64,000 nucleotides of DNA, taken from NCBI GenBank assembly GCA_030587475.2, contig JAUQYZ020000230.1, positions 1 to 64,000 of the forward strand. The letters are read 5' to 3'. The stretch is from Candidatus Sigynarchaeum calidifontis. GTDB lineage: Archaea; Asgardarchaeota; Lokiarchaeia; Sigyniarchaeales; Sigyniarchaeaceae. Of this stretch, positions 30,544 through 41,047 are shown piece by piece. The position numbers were made by a program, and so were the translations under genes. Under the pieces are notes generated by a model. That model searched no databases and had not been told where the DNA came from. It saw only the letters and a program-made list of their open reading frames with translations. Position 1 is the first letter of the stretch. Each line of letters opens with the position of its first letter.

Positions 30544-32064
30544 TCATTTCGGCGGGGCGGGTCGACGGGGCAGCTTCAGCTTGCCCTTTTTATAGAGCCA
30601 GAACAACATGACGGCCGCTGCGCCAACCGCAATGGCCACCACGACGAGAACAATCGTCAGTGTCCAATCATCTTGCGGGACGATTTCGACTTGCTGGGCA
30701 TAGATGTCCCAGTTCGTTCCACTTCGATAATCCTCCCAGGCAATAATGGCTCTGCCAGGATTGACGCAAATGATGGCCAGACCATTCTGCATGTCGTCTG
30801 CACAGCAGATGCACCTGCCGTTGGTTTCCCATTCTATCGTGCCGGTCGGCCCGATTCGCTGGGCGTAGATATCGTCGTGAGCAGGCCCGATCCCGGGATC
30901 ATCCCCCCACGTGGCAAATGCACCCCCCTGGCCGTCGCTGCACACGCGTACTTGATAGCAATTGTGCTGGCCGTGGCTCAACGGGATGCCATTCGCGGCC
31001 CATTGCACCGCGCCGGGTCCGCTAATATGCTGGATGTATGCAACATTATGAAGTGCATCCCGTTGATCCTCCCAAGCGATGAAGGCACCGCCACTTTCGC
31101 TTGCCACGATGGTCGCTCCTATTTGAGCCCCTGGAACCGTGCAGATGGCGGTGCCGTTTGCCGTCCACGCGGGGACGCCGCTAGGCAAGAGGCGCTGTGC
31201 ATAGATGTCCCCGTCCCCGTCGACTCGCATGTCTTCCCACGCGATGATGGCCCCGCCGGCCCCGTCGCTGCATAACTGGGGGTTTTGTTGCGAGCTCGTG
31301 GGGATGTTGCAAGCTGGAACGCCGTCCATGTCCCATTGGAGAAAGCCGCTCGCGTTCAGCCGCTGGGCATACACGTCATTGTTGCCGCGAGAGTCATCCC
31401 ACGCGATGATGGCCCCGCCAGCGCCGTCGCTGCATATTACCGGATCGAGTTGGTTTCCCGCGGCCGTGCAAACGGGGATGCCGCCCGCGTTCCATCGGAG
31501 GAAACCGCTCGCGTTCACCCGTTGGGCGTAGATGTCGTAATTCCCGTTCCGGAGATCTCGCCACGCGATGATGGCCCCGCCGGCCCCGTCGCTGCACAAG
31601 CACGCGAGATCTTGATTTGCAGTGGACGTGCATGCCGGCACCCCGTTCGTTGCCCAGTAGGTGACTCCCGTGTTGCTCACCTTTTGGGCATAAATGTCGG
31701 CCCCCGTCCCGCCATCGCGGGTCCAGGCGATGATCACCCCGTCGCCGCTGGCCTTGACCATGCGCACGTTGTAATCGGGGATCCCGCTCCCGCCCCGGGA
31801 CACGTTGATCCCGTTCAGACTCCAGAGTATCCCCCCTTCCGGGCTCAATCGCTGCATGAAGATATCTTCCGTGCCGTTCCTTCTATCGATCCAGGCAATG
31901 AACGACCCGCCTTGCCCGTCGGGGCAAATGGCAACGTTGTCTTGGTTCGACGGGGCGGTGCAGACTGCAATCCCGTTCTCCCTCCACGCGGTAATGCCTT
32001 GCAGCAACAGCGTTAGCAATACAGCTCCGAAAAGGAGCATGATAATTTTGTCCTTCCTTGGCAT
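30544..32064 (-). CDS. Surface-anchored beta-propeller repeat protein (8 repeats, signal peptide, C-terminal TM)
   Basis: Eight W..nG.pvC...Q....csDGaGGAIIAWeD.R...DIYAQR units; N-terminal hydrophobic signal; C-terminal TM followed by a basic tail. Confidence 0.85.
   Translation of the reverse strand: MPRKDKIIMLLFGAVLLTLLLQGITAWRENGIAVCTAPSNQDNVAICPDGQGGSFIAWIDRRNGTEDIFMQRLSPEGGILWSLNGINVSRGGSGIPDYNVRMVKASGDGVIIAWTRDGGTGADIYAQKVSNTGVTYWATNGVPACTSTANQDLACLCSDGAGGAIIAWRDLRNGNYDIYAQRVNASGFLRWNAGGIPVCTAAGNQLDPVICSDGAGGAIIAWDDSRGNNDVYAQRLNASGFLQWDMDGVPACNIPTSSQQNPQLCSDGAGGAIIAWEDMRVDGDGDIYAQRLLPSGVPAWTANGTAICTVPGAQIGATIVASESGGAFIAWEDQRDALHNVAYIQHISGPGAVQWAANGIPLSHGQHNCYQVRVCSDGQGGAFATWGDDPGIGPAHDDIYAQRIGPTGTIEWETNGRCICCADDMQNGLAIICVNPGRAIIAWEDYRSGTNWDIYAQQVEIVPQDDWTLTIVLVVVAIAVGAAAVMLFWLYKKGKLKLPRRPAPPK
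31236..31600. repeat. Near-identical intragenic DNA repeats at 162-nt spacing
   Basis: ccacgcgatgatggccccgcc-gc-ccgtcgctgca at ~31237, 31399 and 31561. Confidence 0.85.
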
Positions 32065-32225
32065 CTAGTTTCACCTCGAGTTCACATGTCTCTTTTGATA
32101 TCGGTTAATATCCATTTCCCTCGCGTTCCTCTGCGCAAGGTTTCATTCGCCGAGAACTGCGCGGGAGAGGACATGCAAAAAAAGAAACGTTAAATCCGGC
32201 CTGCTCGCGAATGAACCACGCGTGA

Positions 32226-35024
32226 TCATGAAATGATGATGGCAGGCCGGCCAGGGATTGCCTGCTCGGCTTTTTTCTCCGACGAACCTTCCTCGGTCGT
32301 GATCTCGATGGCCGGGTACTTCTTGCCGGAAAGCAGCTTGAAATTCCCCGCTGCCACGAGCTCGTCGGCTTGGCCGGTGAACTTCGGCAGCTTCTCCGTG
32401 CCCCACGGGTCCTTGGCGAGCTTGTTCACGAAGCCGGCCACCTTCCCCCCGAGTTTCTTCATCGCCGGGTCTGCCATGAGCTTCTTGATCACGTCGCCGG
32501 CGTTCTTGCCTTCCTTGAGCCCGGCTATGACCGCCCCGGCGGCCTCGTATTTCCATGCCGCCGCGACGACGAGCACCACCTTGGATGGCTTCATCTGCAC
32601 GATCTTGAGGATGTTCTGGACGTCCTCGTCCACGAACGTGTCGTAATCCCACGTTTTCTTGATCTCGGGCTTGATCGCGGCCTCGTCGGCGACAGGCCAT
32701 TTCGCCTGGGCGATGAATCCTTTCTTTTTCAAGGCGATCTCCCAGATCTCTTCGGCCAGGTGCGGCACGGCTGGCGCGAGCATGAGCGTGATGGCCTCCG
32801 CGCACGTTAAAAACACTTTTTTCGTGGCTCCCGTTTCCACGTAGTCCCTGAAAAGATCAACGAGGTTGATGACCTTGTTCAGCGCGTCCCGCATCTCCAT
32901 TTTCTCGAACGATGCCGTCACCTCCTTGATCGCCACGTTCACGTGGTAGAGCATGAGGTCGTCGTAGAAATCCTTGGCCTTCTTGAACGTGGCCGGTGGC
33001 TGCATCAGCGTGGTGAATGCCCGCTTGATGACGCGGTGCACGGCGTCGATGCCCTCGTCACTCCACTCCAGCTGTTTCTCCGGGTTCGCCGTTGCGAGAA
33101 TGAAGAGCCGCGCCGAGTCCGCGCCGTACTTGTCCACCATCTCTTGCGGGTCGACGGTATTCCCCAAGCTCTTCGACATCTTGGCGGATTTCATCACGTA
33201 TGGCTTCCCGCACTTGTTACATGTTTTCTTGTCCGCGTCGTACTTGTCGATTGGTAGGAAGATGTTGCACGTCTCGCAGAACGGGTTCTCCTTGTTCACC
33301 ATGCCCTGGGTCAGCAGCGCCTTGAACGGCTCGGAAAACTCGTGCAAGCCCAGGTCGCGCGTCGCCTTCGTCCAGAACCGCGCGTAGAGCAGGTGCAAGA
33401 TCGCGTGCTCGATGCCGCCGATGTACTGGTCGACCGGTCCCCAGTATTTCATCGCATCCTTGCTGTAGGGCACGTCCTTGCTCCACGGATCGATGAACCG
33501 GAAGAAATACCACGACGAGTCGACGAACGTGTCCATCGTGTCGGTCTCGCGCTTGGCCTTGCCGCCGCACTTCGGGCACTTGGTGTTCACGAACGCGGGA
33601 TCGGTTTCCAGCGGGTTGCACGTCCCCGTGAACTTCACGTTCTTTGGCAGCCGCACGGGCAAGTCCTCGTAAGGCACGGGCACGGCGCCGCACTTGGTGC
33701 AGTGGATGAATGGGATCGGCGTGCCCCAGTACCGCTGGCGCGAGATCAGCCAGTTCCGGATCTTGTAATTGACCGTCGGGCCGCCCTTTCCTTTCTTCGC
33801 GAGCATCTCGCTGATGGCCTGGATCGCCTCCCGGTTGTGCATGCCGGTGAATTCTCCCGAGTTGACGAGCTTTCCGTCCCCCTCGTAAGCACGGGACATT
33901 TTTTCCACGTGGATCTCGTAATCCTCGGGCTGGATGACGATCTTGATCGGGATGCCGAATTTTTTCGCGAACTCGAAGTCGCGCTGGTCGTGGGCGGGGA
34001 CGGCCATGACCGCGCCGGCGCCGTACTCGTAGATCACGAAATTGCCGATGTAGACGGGCACCTTCTCGCCCGTGACCGGGTTGATGGCCTCCTTGCCGAT
34101 GAACATGCCCTTTTTCTCGGTCTCGATGTTCGTTCGCTCGAAGCGGTCCTCCGTGAGCACCTCGTGGAGCAAGGCCTTGAAATCCTTCTCGTACTTGGTT
34201 CCCTTGACCCATTTCTCGACGAGGGGGTGCTCAGGCGCGAAGGTCATGAACGTCACGCCGTAGATAGTGTCGGCGCGGGTCGTGAAAATCGGGATCTCCT
34301 CGCCCGTGCCCACGATCGTGAACTTGATGGTCGTGCCTTCGGACCGGCCGATCCAGTTCTGTTGCATGACCTTGACCTTCTCGGGCCAATCGAGATCCTT
34401 CAAGCAATCAAGCAATTCGTCGGCATACTTGCGGATGTTGAGGAACCACTGGGTGAGCATTTTCTGGATGACCTGGCTGTTGCAGCGCCAGCACTTGCCA
34501 CCTTGGGCTTGCTCGTTTGCCAGCACGGTCTTGCAGTCGGGGCACCAGTTCACGTAAGCATCTTCACGTGTAACCAGGCCTTTCTCGTTGAATTTCAAGA
34601 AGAACCACTGGTTCCAGTAGAAATAATCCTCCGTGATGGACTGTATCTGGCGGCGCCAGTCGTAACTGAAGCCCAGGCGCTGCTGCTGCGCCTTGATATG
34701 ATTGATATTTTCCCATGTCCATTTCTCTGGATCGGCATTGTGCTGGATGGCGGCATTTTCAGCGGGCAATCCAAAAGCGTCGTAACCCATCGGGTAGAGC
34801 ACGTTGAACCCTTGCATCCGCTTGTACCGGGCAAGGCAGTCGCCGATGCTATAATTGCGCAAGTGACCCATGTGGAGCTTGGCACTGGGATACGGGTACA
34901 TCTCCAGCACGTAATACTTTTTCTTCGACGGGTCGATCTCGACTTCGAATATCTTTGCATCAGCCCATTTTTTCTGCCACTTTTTCTCGATCGCTTGGGG
35001 GTCGTATTCCATTTTCAATGCCAT
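32226..35024 (-). CDS. leuS: Leucine--tRNA ligase (bacterial-type core, archaeal-like C-terminus)
   Basis: EMYPYPS.KLHMGH (HIGH), [21 protein letters not shown] editing domain, KMSKS and C-terminal [13 protein letters not shown]. Confidence 0.97.
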   Translation of the reverse strand: MALKMEYDPQAIEKKWQKKWADAKIFEVEIDPSKKKYYVLEMYPYPSAKLHMGHLRNYSIGDCLARYKRMQGFNVLYPMGYDAFGLPAENAAIQHNADPEKWTWENINHIKAQQQRLGFSYDWRRQIQSITEDYFYWNQWFFLKFNEKGLVTREDAYVNWCPDCKTVLANEQAQGGKCWRCNSQVIQKMLTQWFLNIRKYADELLDCLKDLDWPEKVKVMQQNWIGRSEGTTIKFTIVGTGEEIPIFTTRADTIYGVTFMTFAPEHPLVEKWVKGTKYEKDFKALLHEVLTEDRFERTNIETEKKGMFIGKEAINPVTGEKVPVYIGNFVIYEYGAGAVMAVPAHDQRDFEFAKKFGIPIKIVIQPEDYEIHVEKMSRAYEGDGKLVNSGEFTGMHNREAIQAISEMLAKKGKGGPTVNYKIRNWLISRQRYWGTPIPFIHCTKCGAVPVPYEDLPVRLPKNVKFTGTCNPLETDPAFVNTKCPKCGGKAKRETDTMDTFVDSSWYFFRFIDPWSKDVPYSKDAMKYWGPVDQYIGGIEHAILHLLYARFWTKATRDLGLHEFSEPFKALLTQGMVNKENPFCETCNIFLPIDKYDADKKTCNKCGKPYVMKSAKMSKSLGNTVDPQEMVDKYGADSARLFILATANPEKQLEWSDEGIDAVHRVIKRAFTTLMQPPATFKKAKDFYDDLMLYHVNVAIKEVTASFEKMEMRDALNKVINLVDLFRDYVETGATKKVFLTCAEAITLMLAPAVPHLAEEIWEIALKKKGFIAQAKWPVADEAAIKPEIKKTWDYDTFVDEDVQNILKIVQMKPSKVVLVVAAAWKYEAAGAVIAGLKEGKNAGDVIKKLMADPAMKKLGGKVAGFVNKLAKDPWGTEKLPKFTGQADELVAAGNFKLLSGKKYPAIEITTEEGSSEKKAEQAIPGRPAIIIS

Positions 35025-35096
35025 CCGATGTGTTAATCAAGCACGATAAGCCTTGGCGGGAAAAAAAGCATGTGGCAAGGTACTCGTACTGATTGG

Positions 35097-36842
35097 TTAC
35101 CGGGCGGGCGTTAGCCCGTGGTCCTTGAAGAAGAAGAGCTGGAACCGCGGGGCAGCCTTGCTTTCCGGCCGGGGCGGGTGCAAGATCAGCATGCGCGCCG
35201 GCAACACTGGCGAAAGCAATTCCTTTAAAGCGCGCGAACGCCCCATTTCATCCACCAACACGGGTTCCCCGCCTTCGTTCCGCACGATACCCGCGTGATC
35301 GACGTCCCCCGCGGTTAAAATGACGGGCACATCCATGAAATCCTCCAGGACATCGACGAGCGGGATGTCGATGGGCGTGGCGATGTTCGTCTGCACGGCG
35401 AACGTGGCGATGGCCAACGATCCACATTCATCGACGAAGATCCGCCCGGCGACTTGCTGCTCGGGTGGCAAGGCCAGCCGCGACCTCTGGAGGATGAGTG
35501 GCACGTGTTCCCCTGCTCCGGCCATCTTGCGAGCAAGCCGCCCTGCGAGATCCTTCCGGATACCCTCCAAGCTGGCATCATCGACGAGGTTGGTTCGCTC
35601 GTGCGGGTCCTTCTCCAGGTCGTAAAGGAATTCCTCAAGGTAGTACGTGCCGTGGGCGTTGAAGCCACCGTTCAAGCCAGGCGCAGAAACCGAGTACTTC
35701 CACTTGGCAGTGCGCAAGCATCGTCCCACCTGGCTCTCGCTGATTTGGGCGAACACGTCGTCGGGCCAGTCCTCGCCTTTACCGGTCACGAGCTCCTGCA
35801 GTGGCCGCCCGCGCATGTAGGACGGGGGCGTGATGCCCGCCGCGACCAAGATCGTCGGCGGGAGATCGATCAAGCTCACGAGCTGGCGGATTTTTACCCC
35901 GCCCGCGAAACCCGGCCCCCTGATGATGAGCGGGACACGCAAGCACGCGTCATGGCACGAGCGCTTGTACTCGTCATTCCGCGTCCGGAAGTGGCTCCCG
36001 TGATCGCTCGTGTAGATGATGAGCGTATTGTCTAGCATCCCTCTGGCCGAGAGCACGTCGCGTATCCGCTTGAAATTGGCGTCGATACTCCAGCAACAAC
36101 CAAGATAGTCGGGATAGTTCTCCTGCCAATCACCCTTTGTCCCTTCGAGATCGCCAGGCACGATATAATCCCGAAACATCTCCTTGCTGCCTTTGGGCCC
36201 TTCGTAGCACCCATGATCGTTCTGATGATGCGGCTCTATATACGAACAAAATAGAAAAAATGGCTTGCCTTTATCTCGCTTTTCCAAGCAATCAATGATG
36301 AAATCGGTTACCCCGTCGACCCGGTACTTGTCAAACGTCACTTTCTTCATGTCTCGATCGTACATGTACCCGCCACCATGGCCGTGCGACGTGGCTTCGA
36401 GCACGTCTGCGGCCACCCAGAAGTCGACGTACCCGCCACGGCGTTCGGGCGGGATGGGCTTCGTGCGAAAGTCGATGTCTGGCTCTAGGTCATAGTCCGC
36501 GGCCCGGTTATGCGTGGACGCGAGGTGCCACTTCCCGACGTAGCACGTCTCGTATCCGCTTCGGGAGAGCAGCGTCGCGATGGTCTCGGAGCCCGGTTGG
36601 AGGGCGATGCCATTCCTGAAGCACCGAGTCTCCGTGGCATATTTCCCCGTCTGGAGGCACGACCTCGCGGGGCCACAAACGGGCTGCGGCGTGAAAGCAT
36701 TTTCGAACAAGACGCCTTCACGAGCGAGAGCATCGAGGTTCGGGGTTACGGGTAGTGATTGCCCATAGCAACCCATCGTGTCGGCACGCTGCTGGTCCGA
36801 AAGAATGAAAATGATGTTGGGTCGATCGTTTCTTGCCGTCAT
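35097..36842 (-). CDS. Cys-type (formylglycine) sulfatase with a C-terminal extension
   Basis: PNIIFILSDQQRAD, CGPAR, GKWH, EPHH and TSDHG motifs. Confidence 0.92.
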   Translation of the reverse strand: MTARNDRPNIIFILSDQQRADTMGCYGQSLPVTPNLDALAREGVLFENAFTPQPVCGPARSCLQTGKYATETRCFRNGIALQPGSETIATLLSRSGYETCYVGKWHLASTHNRAADYDLEPDIDFRTKPIPPERRGGYVDFWVAADVLEATSHGHGGGYMYDRDMKKVTFDKYRVDGVTDFIIDCLEKRDKGKPFFLFCSYIEPHHQNDHGCYEGPKGSKEMFRDYIVPGDLEGTKGDWQENYPDYLGCCWSIDANFKRIRDVLSARGMLDNTLIIYTSDHGSHFRTRNDEYKRSCHDACLRVPLIIRGPGFAGGVKIRQLVSLIDLPPTILVAAGITPPSYMRGRPLQELVTGKGEDWPDDVFAQISESQVGRCLRTAKWKYSVSAPGLNGGFNAHGTYYLEEFLYDLEKDPHERTNLVDDASLEGIRKDLAGRLARKMAGAGEHVPLILQRSRLALPPEQQVAGRIFVDECGSLAIATFAVQTNIATPIDIPLVDVLEDFMDVPVILTAGDVDHAGIVRNEGGEPVLVDEMGRSRALKELLSPVLPARMLILHPPRPESKAAPRFQLFFFKDHGLTPAR

Positions 36843-36861
36843 GGCCGTATCCTTTCCGCTG

Positions 36862-38934
36862 TCATGCGTCCTTCAAGGACGCGAACGTGGTCGCGAATTT
36901 GGATCCTTGCCGGTAAAAAACCGGCGGCTCGCCGTGCGGCGCCGGCACCTCGATCCAGCCCCCGCTATACTCCTTGCCAGACCAGAGATGGATCCACTTG
37001 TCACTTGGCAGGTAAAGTTTCCGCTTCGTCGTTTTTTTCGTGTAGACGGGCGCGACGAGCAAGTCACGGCCGAGCAAGTACTGGTACTGCAAGGACCGGG
37101 GTTTCCTGGCGTGGAAGGTCGGGTCGTCCTCGTAATGCAAGTAACAGTGGCGGATGATGGGCAGCCCCGTGTCGACGTATTCCTGGATGGCTTGTTTCAA
37201 GTACGGCGCGAGCTTGGCATGGATTCTCGAGAACTTTGCGAAATGTCGGAGTGTTTCCTCGTCTGTATCGAGCGTCCAGCCAGACGTTCCCTTGGCATCG
37301 TGCGTTCGCATGATGGGGGTGAATGCAGCATGCTCGGTCCCCCGCATGAACAAATCCTTCGTTCGTTTCATCCAAGGCATGCGAAACTCGCCGGCGATGT
37401 CACAATGCGTCTGCCCGACGCCAATGAATCCCATCGAAATGCATGAGCAAATCGCCGCGGCTAGTCCCATGTCGAGGGCGAATGTCATTATCTGATCCCC
37501 GCTCCAGATAAGTGGCGAGTACCGTGTCGTCCCGGCGTTCCCTGAACGGGAGAAGAACACGATAGCATCTTCGCCCTTGTCCCGCCCTGCCTCGGAGACC
37601 GCTTCAGCGTTGATCTTCGCCCAAAGAACCGGATACTCGTTGTGGTGGAGAAGCGGATCCTGCTTGGAATGCACGACCGCATCGACGGGCAAGTACTCGG
37701 CAAAGTCGCACATCCAGCCATCGAGCCCGATCCCAATCATGTGTTCCTTGATGATGCACTTGAACCAGTCCCACGCGGCGGGGTTCGTGAGATCGAGCAT
37801 GGGCGCGCTGAACGAGTACATGCGCAGCATGTAGGGTTCCCCGGCTGCATTTTTGACGAGGAAACCGCGATCGCGTGCTTGCTCGTAGAGGTCGCCGTCC
37901 GTCATGAGGAAGCAGTTGTTGTAGCCGAGGAAACGGATCCCGTCGGTGTGCAGTTGCTTGATGTATGCTGGCAACTCGGGATACCGCTCGTGGCTATACT
38001 TCCAGTTCCAGAAGAGGCGGGTCTGTGCCTTGAAGAGGCGCAAGCCGGTCCAGTCCTCGGCCCAGACCGCCGCTATCTTCACTTTGCCGCGCCGCGCGCG
38101 GTCGATCTTGGCGATAACGCTGTTTGGATCGCTTTTATCGAGGCCTCCCACGATGCCAAGCCATGCCCCATCCAGTGCCCAGCCCGGGAGCGGACGCTGG
38201 CGGCCGAGATAGCTCGTGAGCGAGGCTAGCACCGCCGGGGCGGTGCCTTGCACGTCAATAATGATTTTCTTCGGTATCTCGTTCACGTGGAGCGAATGCC
38301 ACGAGGCGTTCCGAAAGTCGAAATCGGCGAAAGCGTATGACTCCACGTGCACGAAATAATTGCGAGACGAGACGAACGTTGGTTGCGGGTAATACGTCGT
38401 CCACCACTCGCCGCCCGCGCCGACGGCGAGGTCTGCAAGGTATTTAAAGAGCGAGCGGTTCTTGACGATGCCCGGCTCTTGCGTCCAAAGCGGCACGTGC
38501 CGGCCTCGCAAGTTCAAGAACGAGAACTGTTCCCCGCAGCCATAAACCGCCTCGGAAGGATCCGCCTTGATGTTGATCGTGAAGTGGTTATATACAGCAG
38601 CTCTCTCCCTCGCCCCATCGACGATCTCGGGGGCCAGTTCTAGCCGGCCGCCCACGACGCGGACACGCAACCGGAGCAAGCGGTCGAAATCGAGAGCGAC
38701 GCCATCATCCAAGGGCACCTTTTCGACGGCAACCAATGGCCTACGGCTCGAGACCTTGTTCTTGAGCTTGTAATACGAGACATAGCGTGGATTCATGCGA
38801 AAATCTGGATCAGCACGTGCTAGTTCGATGCACGGGGCCTGTACCGTGTGTTCGAGCAAGATCTTACCCTTGAATGACAAGCGCATCTCGTTGGATGCGG
38901 GGTCAACGTCGATCGTCAATTCGGGGGTTGGCAT
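36862..38934 (-). CDS. GH31 glycosidase, YihQ/sulfoquinovosidase-like
   Basis: YGCGEQFS, TYYPQPTFVSS, WAEDW.G.R....RLFWNW, nucleophile WMCDFAE, acid/base WSGDQ and FTPIMRTH. Confidence 0.9.
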   Translation of the reverse strand: MPTPELTIDVDPASNEMRLSFKGKILLEHTVQAPCIELARADPDFRMNPRYVSYYKLKNKVSSRRPLVAVEKVPLDDGVALDFDRLLRLRVRVVGGRLELAPEIVDGARERAAVYNHFTINIKADPSEAVYGCGEQFSFLNLRGRHVPLWTQEPGIVKNRSLFKYLADLAVGAGGEWWTTYYPQPTFVSSRNYFVHVESYAFADFDFRNASWHSLHVNEIPKKIIIDVQGTAPAVLASLTSYLGRQRPLPGWALDGAWLGIVGGLDKSDPNSVIAKIDRARRGKVKIAAVWAEDWTGLRLFKAQTRLFWNWKYSHERYPELPAYIKQLHTDGIRFLGYNNCFLMTDGDLYEQARDRGFLVKNAAGEPYMLRMYSFSAPMLDLTNPAAWDWFKCIIKEHMIGIGLDGWMCDFAEYLPVDAVVHSKQDPLLHHNEYPVLWAKINAEAVSEAGRDKGEDAIVFFSRSGNAGTTRYSPLIWSGDQIMTFALDMGLAAAICSCISMGFIGVGQTHCDIAGEFRMPWMKRTKDLFMRGTEHAAFTPIMRTHDAKGTSGWTLDTDEETLRHFAKFSRIHAKLAPYLKQAIQEYVDTGLPIIRHCYLHYEDDPTFHARKPRSLQYQYLLGRDLLVAPVYTKKTTKRKLYLPSDKWIHLWSGKEYSGGWIEVPAPHGEPPVFYRQGSKFATTFASLKDA

Positions 38935-39031
38935 GGGTGGTCACGAGATGTTGAAATGCAATCGCTCGGGTAGTGTAATGTTTAATCATCCCGCGCCAAG
39001 TATAAATTCGATTCACGCGGCATGACATTCC

Positions 39032-40507
39032 ATGGCCACCGACAAGCCGAACATCCTGGTCATCCACGCGGACCAGCACCGCTTTGATTGCCTTGGCGTC
39101 GCGGGAAACAAGGAGATCAACACCCCGCACATCGACGCGCTCGCGCGGGACGGCGTGTTTCATTCTAATTGCTTCACCACGTTCCCGCTGTGCACGCCCG
39201 CGAGGTACTCGCTGCTGACTGGCTTGTACGCGCGCCAACATCTTGGCATGACCAACGAGACGACGCTGCCTTGCGGCATCGCGACGTTTCCCCGGATCCT
39301 CAAGCAAGGCGGTTACAAGACCGCTTGCGTCGGGAAAATGCATTTCAAGCCGACCTATCTCGACGTGGGGTTCGACCGGATGGTACTGGCGGAGCAGGCA
39401 GGGCCAGGGCGGTACGACGATGACTACCACAGGTGGCTGATGGATCGCGGGCTGGTCGACGCGACGGACATGCAAGACCAGGTCTTCGAGTGCCGCGCAA
39501 GGGCCCCGTCCTCCTATCGCGAGAATTTCGGTTCGGAACCCTCCGCCCTTGGCAACGAGAACTACAGCACGACGTGGATCCGTGACCGCGCGATAGACGT
39601 GATGGACAGCTGGAGCGGCGGTGGCAACTTGCTCATGGTCGGGTTCATCAAGCCCCATCATCCCTTCGACGTACCGCCCCCGTGGAGCGACATGTACGAT
39701 CCTGCAAAGCTGTCCTTGCTCCCGGGCTGGATTGACGCCCCTCTTCCCCGCGACACGCGATTCTCCCCTGGTTATTTCGACAACAAGGCGCTCGATCCCA
39801 CCAAGCTCAGACGCGTGATGGCGCAATACTACGCATCGATTTCCCAGATCGACGCGTGCGTCGGGGACATGGTCTCGATGCTCAAGGACAAGGGATTGTA
39901 CGAGAACTCGCTGATCATGTACACGAGCGACCACGGCGAGTTCATGGGTTTTCACCACATGCTCTTGAAGGGAAATTACATGTACGACCCTCTCGTGCGG
40001 GTGCCGCTCGTCGTGAAATATCCCGGGCGAGCGCACGCGGGAAAAGTCCATGATGGCCTCGTGAGCATCATCGACACGACCGCGACGATAGTCGATGTGG
40101 CGGGGTGCATCCTCCCCCGGAACGTGTGGGGGCAGCTGCAACCGCTCGAGGACTCGGATCGCGACGTCGTCTTTGCCGAGGATGCCGCCGGCAATTACAT
40201 GGTTCGGTCCCGGCAGCGAAAATTGCTCCTGTGCAAGAACGTGGAATCGCAATTCTTCGATTTGGAGCGAGATCCAGCCGAGTTGAACAATTTAATAACG
40301 GATCCCCGTTATCACAATGACGTGATGGCAATGAAGGAGGTGCTACACGCGTGGCTCGCTTTCGAGGCACGGCCGGTTCCACACGAGGACGACGGCGCCC
40401 GCGAGATCGCCGGGCCGAACGTCCAAACGGGTGCAGCTCGGGCCGGATCCCGCGATCGAGTGAAAAAATGGCTCCACGGCCAGATGGATCTATGGAAGGA
40501 GTGCTGA
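39032..40507 (+). CDS. Cys-type sulfatase (choline-sulfatase/arylsulfatase-like)
   Basis: PNILVIHADQHR, CTPAR, GKMH, KPHHP and TSDHGE motifs. Confidence 0.92.
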   Translation: MATDKPNILVIHADQHRFDCLGVAGNKEINTPHIDALARDGVFHSNCFTTFPLCTPARYSLLTGLYARQHLGMTNETTLPCGIATFPRILKQGGYKTACVGKMHFKPTYLDVGFDRMVLAEQAGPGRYDDDYHRWLMDRGLVDATDMQDQVFECRARAPSSYRENFGSEPSALGNENYSTTWIRDRAIDVMDSWSGGGNLLMVGFIKPHHPFDVPPPWSDMYDPAKLSLLPGWIDAPLPRDTRFSPGYFDNKALDPTKLRRVMAQYYASISQIDACVGDMVSMLKDKGLYENSLIMYTSDHGEFMGFHHMLLKGNYMYDPLVRVPLVVKYPGRAHAGKVHDGLVSIIDTTATIVDVAGCILPRNVWGQLQPLEDSDRDVVFAEDAAGNYMVRSRQRKLLLCKNVESQFFDLERDPAELNNLITDPRYHNDVMAMKEVLHAWLAFEARPVPHEDDGAREIAGPNVQTGAARAGSRDRVKKWLHGQMDLWKEC

Positions 40508-40512
40508 ATGCC

Positions 40513-40962
40513 ATGGTCGCCGTCGTCATCCTCGATTCCAGCTTTTTGTACGTGCCGTTGCAGTTCAAGGTCGACATCTACGAGGCAATCCCGCGATTGC
40601 TGGAGCAAGCGACCGAGCTCGTGCTCTTATCGGGCGTGAAGGATGAGATCGTCGAGAAAAACAAGCGAAGTATTGGCAAGCTCGTGTCCAAGCAAGGCGT
40701 GGGGGTGTTGCAGCTGGTGTCGATGAAGATCGATCAAGGCCACGTCTCGTTCGTGAAGATCGATCGCCGGCCAGACGAGCAAGTCGATGATTATATCATT
40801 CGGGTTGCAAGACGGATTAAAGATGCGGGAAAGCTCGATGACGGCAAGCCGGTCTCTCGGATCGCCGTCGCAACGAACGACAAGGGCTTGAAAAAGAAAT
40901 GCAAGGCCGACGGGTTCGAGGTCGTTCACTTGCGGCAGAAGCGGTTCGTGGCGTTCTTGTAA
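40513..40962 (+). CDS. PIN-domain protein, Fcf1/Utp24-like
   Basis: VILDSSFL, VDDYII, VATNDKGLKK and LRQKR motifs. Confidence 0.85.
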   Translation: MVAVVILDSSFLYVPLQFKVDIYEAIPRLLEQATELVLLSGVKDEIVEKNKRSIGKLVSKQGVGVLQLVSMKIDQGHVSFVKIDRRPDEQVDDYIIRVARRIKDAGKLDDGKPVSRIAVATNDKGLKKKCKADGFEVVHLRQKRFVAFL

Positions 40963-41047
40963 TTAAGACTCGGAGCAATTAGAACCAAATTTACATGTTT
41001 TACCTGGCATTTTATCATGATTGCAGAGATGTGACCGCGTTCGCTAT

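Noticed and set aside
27497-35036. Long antisense ORFs (e.g. 27497..29062, 30145..31275, 33342..35036)
   Set aside because: Shadow frames opposite well-supported genes with high GC3; no motifs.
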